Below are positions 31,575 through 32,000 of a stretch of 32,000 nt of DNA, piece by piece; positions within the stretch are counted from its first letter, which is position 1, and each line of letters opens with the position of its first letter. A program made the position numbers and the translations under genes. The stretch is from Candidatus Saccharimonadota bacterium (lineage in GTDB: Bacteria > Patescibacteriota > Gracilibacteria > UBA4473), in assembly GCA_030429505.1 (NCBI GenBank), contig JAUIFI010000001.1:180001-212000 (forward strand). The letters run 5' to 3'. The notes under the pieces are model-generated. The model was not told where the DNA came from. It worked only from the letters and a program-made list of their open reading frames with translations, and ran no database searches.

Positions 31575-32000
31575 ATGAAAAAAATATTCATACTCGCCTT
31601 CAGTTTCTTTTTTATAACCACCAGCGTTATTTCTCTCGGGAGTGCTTCTAGAGATGCCTACCACAGCTATATGATGCAACAAGCGCGAGAAAACTTGTCT
31701 CAAACGCAAGAAAATTACAACTTCTTTACCGAACGCAGAAGACCAATGAAAGAAAAAACATCAGAAAGACAAAGAAGAGCTTTTCAAGTAAGAAGAAACA
31801 GTCGTCAACTTATGCCAACCAGTAAAAATCAAATAAGAAAAATTTCTTTAAGAAGTACACAAGAGCGAAGGAGTATGAGTCTTCGAAAAAATAGATGGCA
31901 ACAGCCACTTCAGGTCAGACCAGGTCTCATCATTAAACGCATGGAAAGCGCCGTACAAACTTTTCAAACCTACGAAAACGAAACCTTTTCTATTCAAATT
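31575..32000 (+). CDS. secreted hypothetical protein, N-terminal part (runs off the right edge; not in ORF track)
   Basis: ATG 31575 opens a frame of 142 codons to nt 32000 with no stop. It has the signal peptide MKKIFILAFSFFFITTSVISLGSA and then an Arg-rich region like that of the preceding gene. Confidence 0.6.
   Translation, partial: MKKIFILAFSFFFITTSVISLGSASRDAYHSYMMQQARENLSQTQENYNFFTERRRPMKEKTSERQRRAFQVRRNSRQLMPTSKNQIRKISLRSTQERRSMSLRKNRWQQPLQVRPGLIIKRMESAVQTFQTYENETFSIQI

Noticed and set aside
1-32000. Alternative genetic code (UGA recoding, as in some candidate phyla).
   Set aside because: TGA terminates leuS, the GH15 gene, recR and ogt at positions matching normal protein C-termini. 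All large genes are intact under the standard code.
1-32000. CRISPR arrays, IS elements or transposases, integrases, prophage genes, rRNA, and toxin-antitoxin or known defence-system cassettes.
   Set aside because: No direct-repeat/spacer periodicity, terminal inverted repeats or matching protein motifs were found on either strand.

Overview
This is an AT-rich 32-kb chromosomal window. It looks like a small-genome, uncultured-type bacterium: many short secreted or hypothetical proteins and almost no Shine-Dalgarno sites. A CPR/Patescibacteria-like origin is only an inference. The code is standard, since TGA ends leuS and the GH15 gene at normal C-termini.

I can support about 37 CDS, including one ORF with no canonical start that the ORF track misses and one partial ORF at each window edge. 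There are three tRNAs (Leu-CAA, Asp-GTC, Pro-GGG), all with encoded CCA, plus several intrinsic terminators and sigma70-like promoters.

- **Housekeeping:** leuS, hisS, recR, ogt, an nrnA-like DHH phosphoesterase, an MscS channel, a guanine deaminase, and Nudix, HIT, GT2 and NAD-epimerase proteins.
- **Envelope:** a protein with three SLH domains, a 3D-domain plus peptidoglycan-binding protein, an acidic lipoprotein, a fasciclin lipoprotein and several secreted hypotheticals.
- **Carbohydrate:** a co-directional alpha-glucan module of glycogen-synthase-like GT, GH57, GH15 and ROK kinase.
- **Absent:** no rRNA, CRISPR, transposase or integrase is visible.

The most notable observations are these:
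1. LeuRS carries a complete serine-hydrolase (alpha/beta fold) domain inserted in-frame at the core/CP1 junction, and the CP1 editing motif TTRPDT is degenerate.
2. A structured RNA of about 255 nt (5574-5831, minus strand) runs from a promoter to a terminator. It contains the strongest SD-like sequence in the window, in front of a 2-codon ORF.
3. A second GC-rich structured element lies downstream of tRNA-Pro, and tRNA-Asp has a long GC-rich leader.
4. An 80-codon membrane-protein ORF has no canonical start and abuts an A6 tract and the stop codon of the upstream gene.
5. The -10 elements repeatedly sit 8-10 nt from ATGs and from tRNA 5' ends, which suggests leaderless transcripts.
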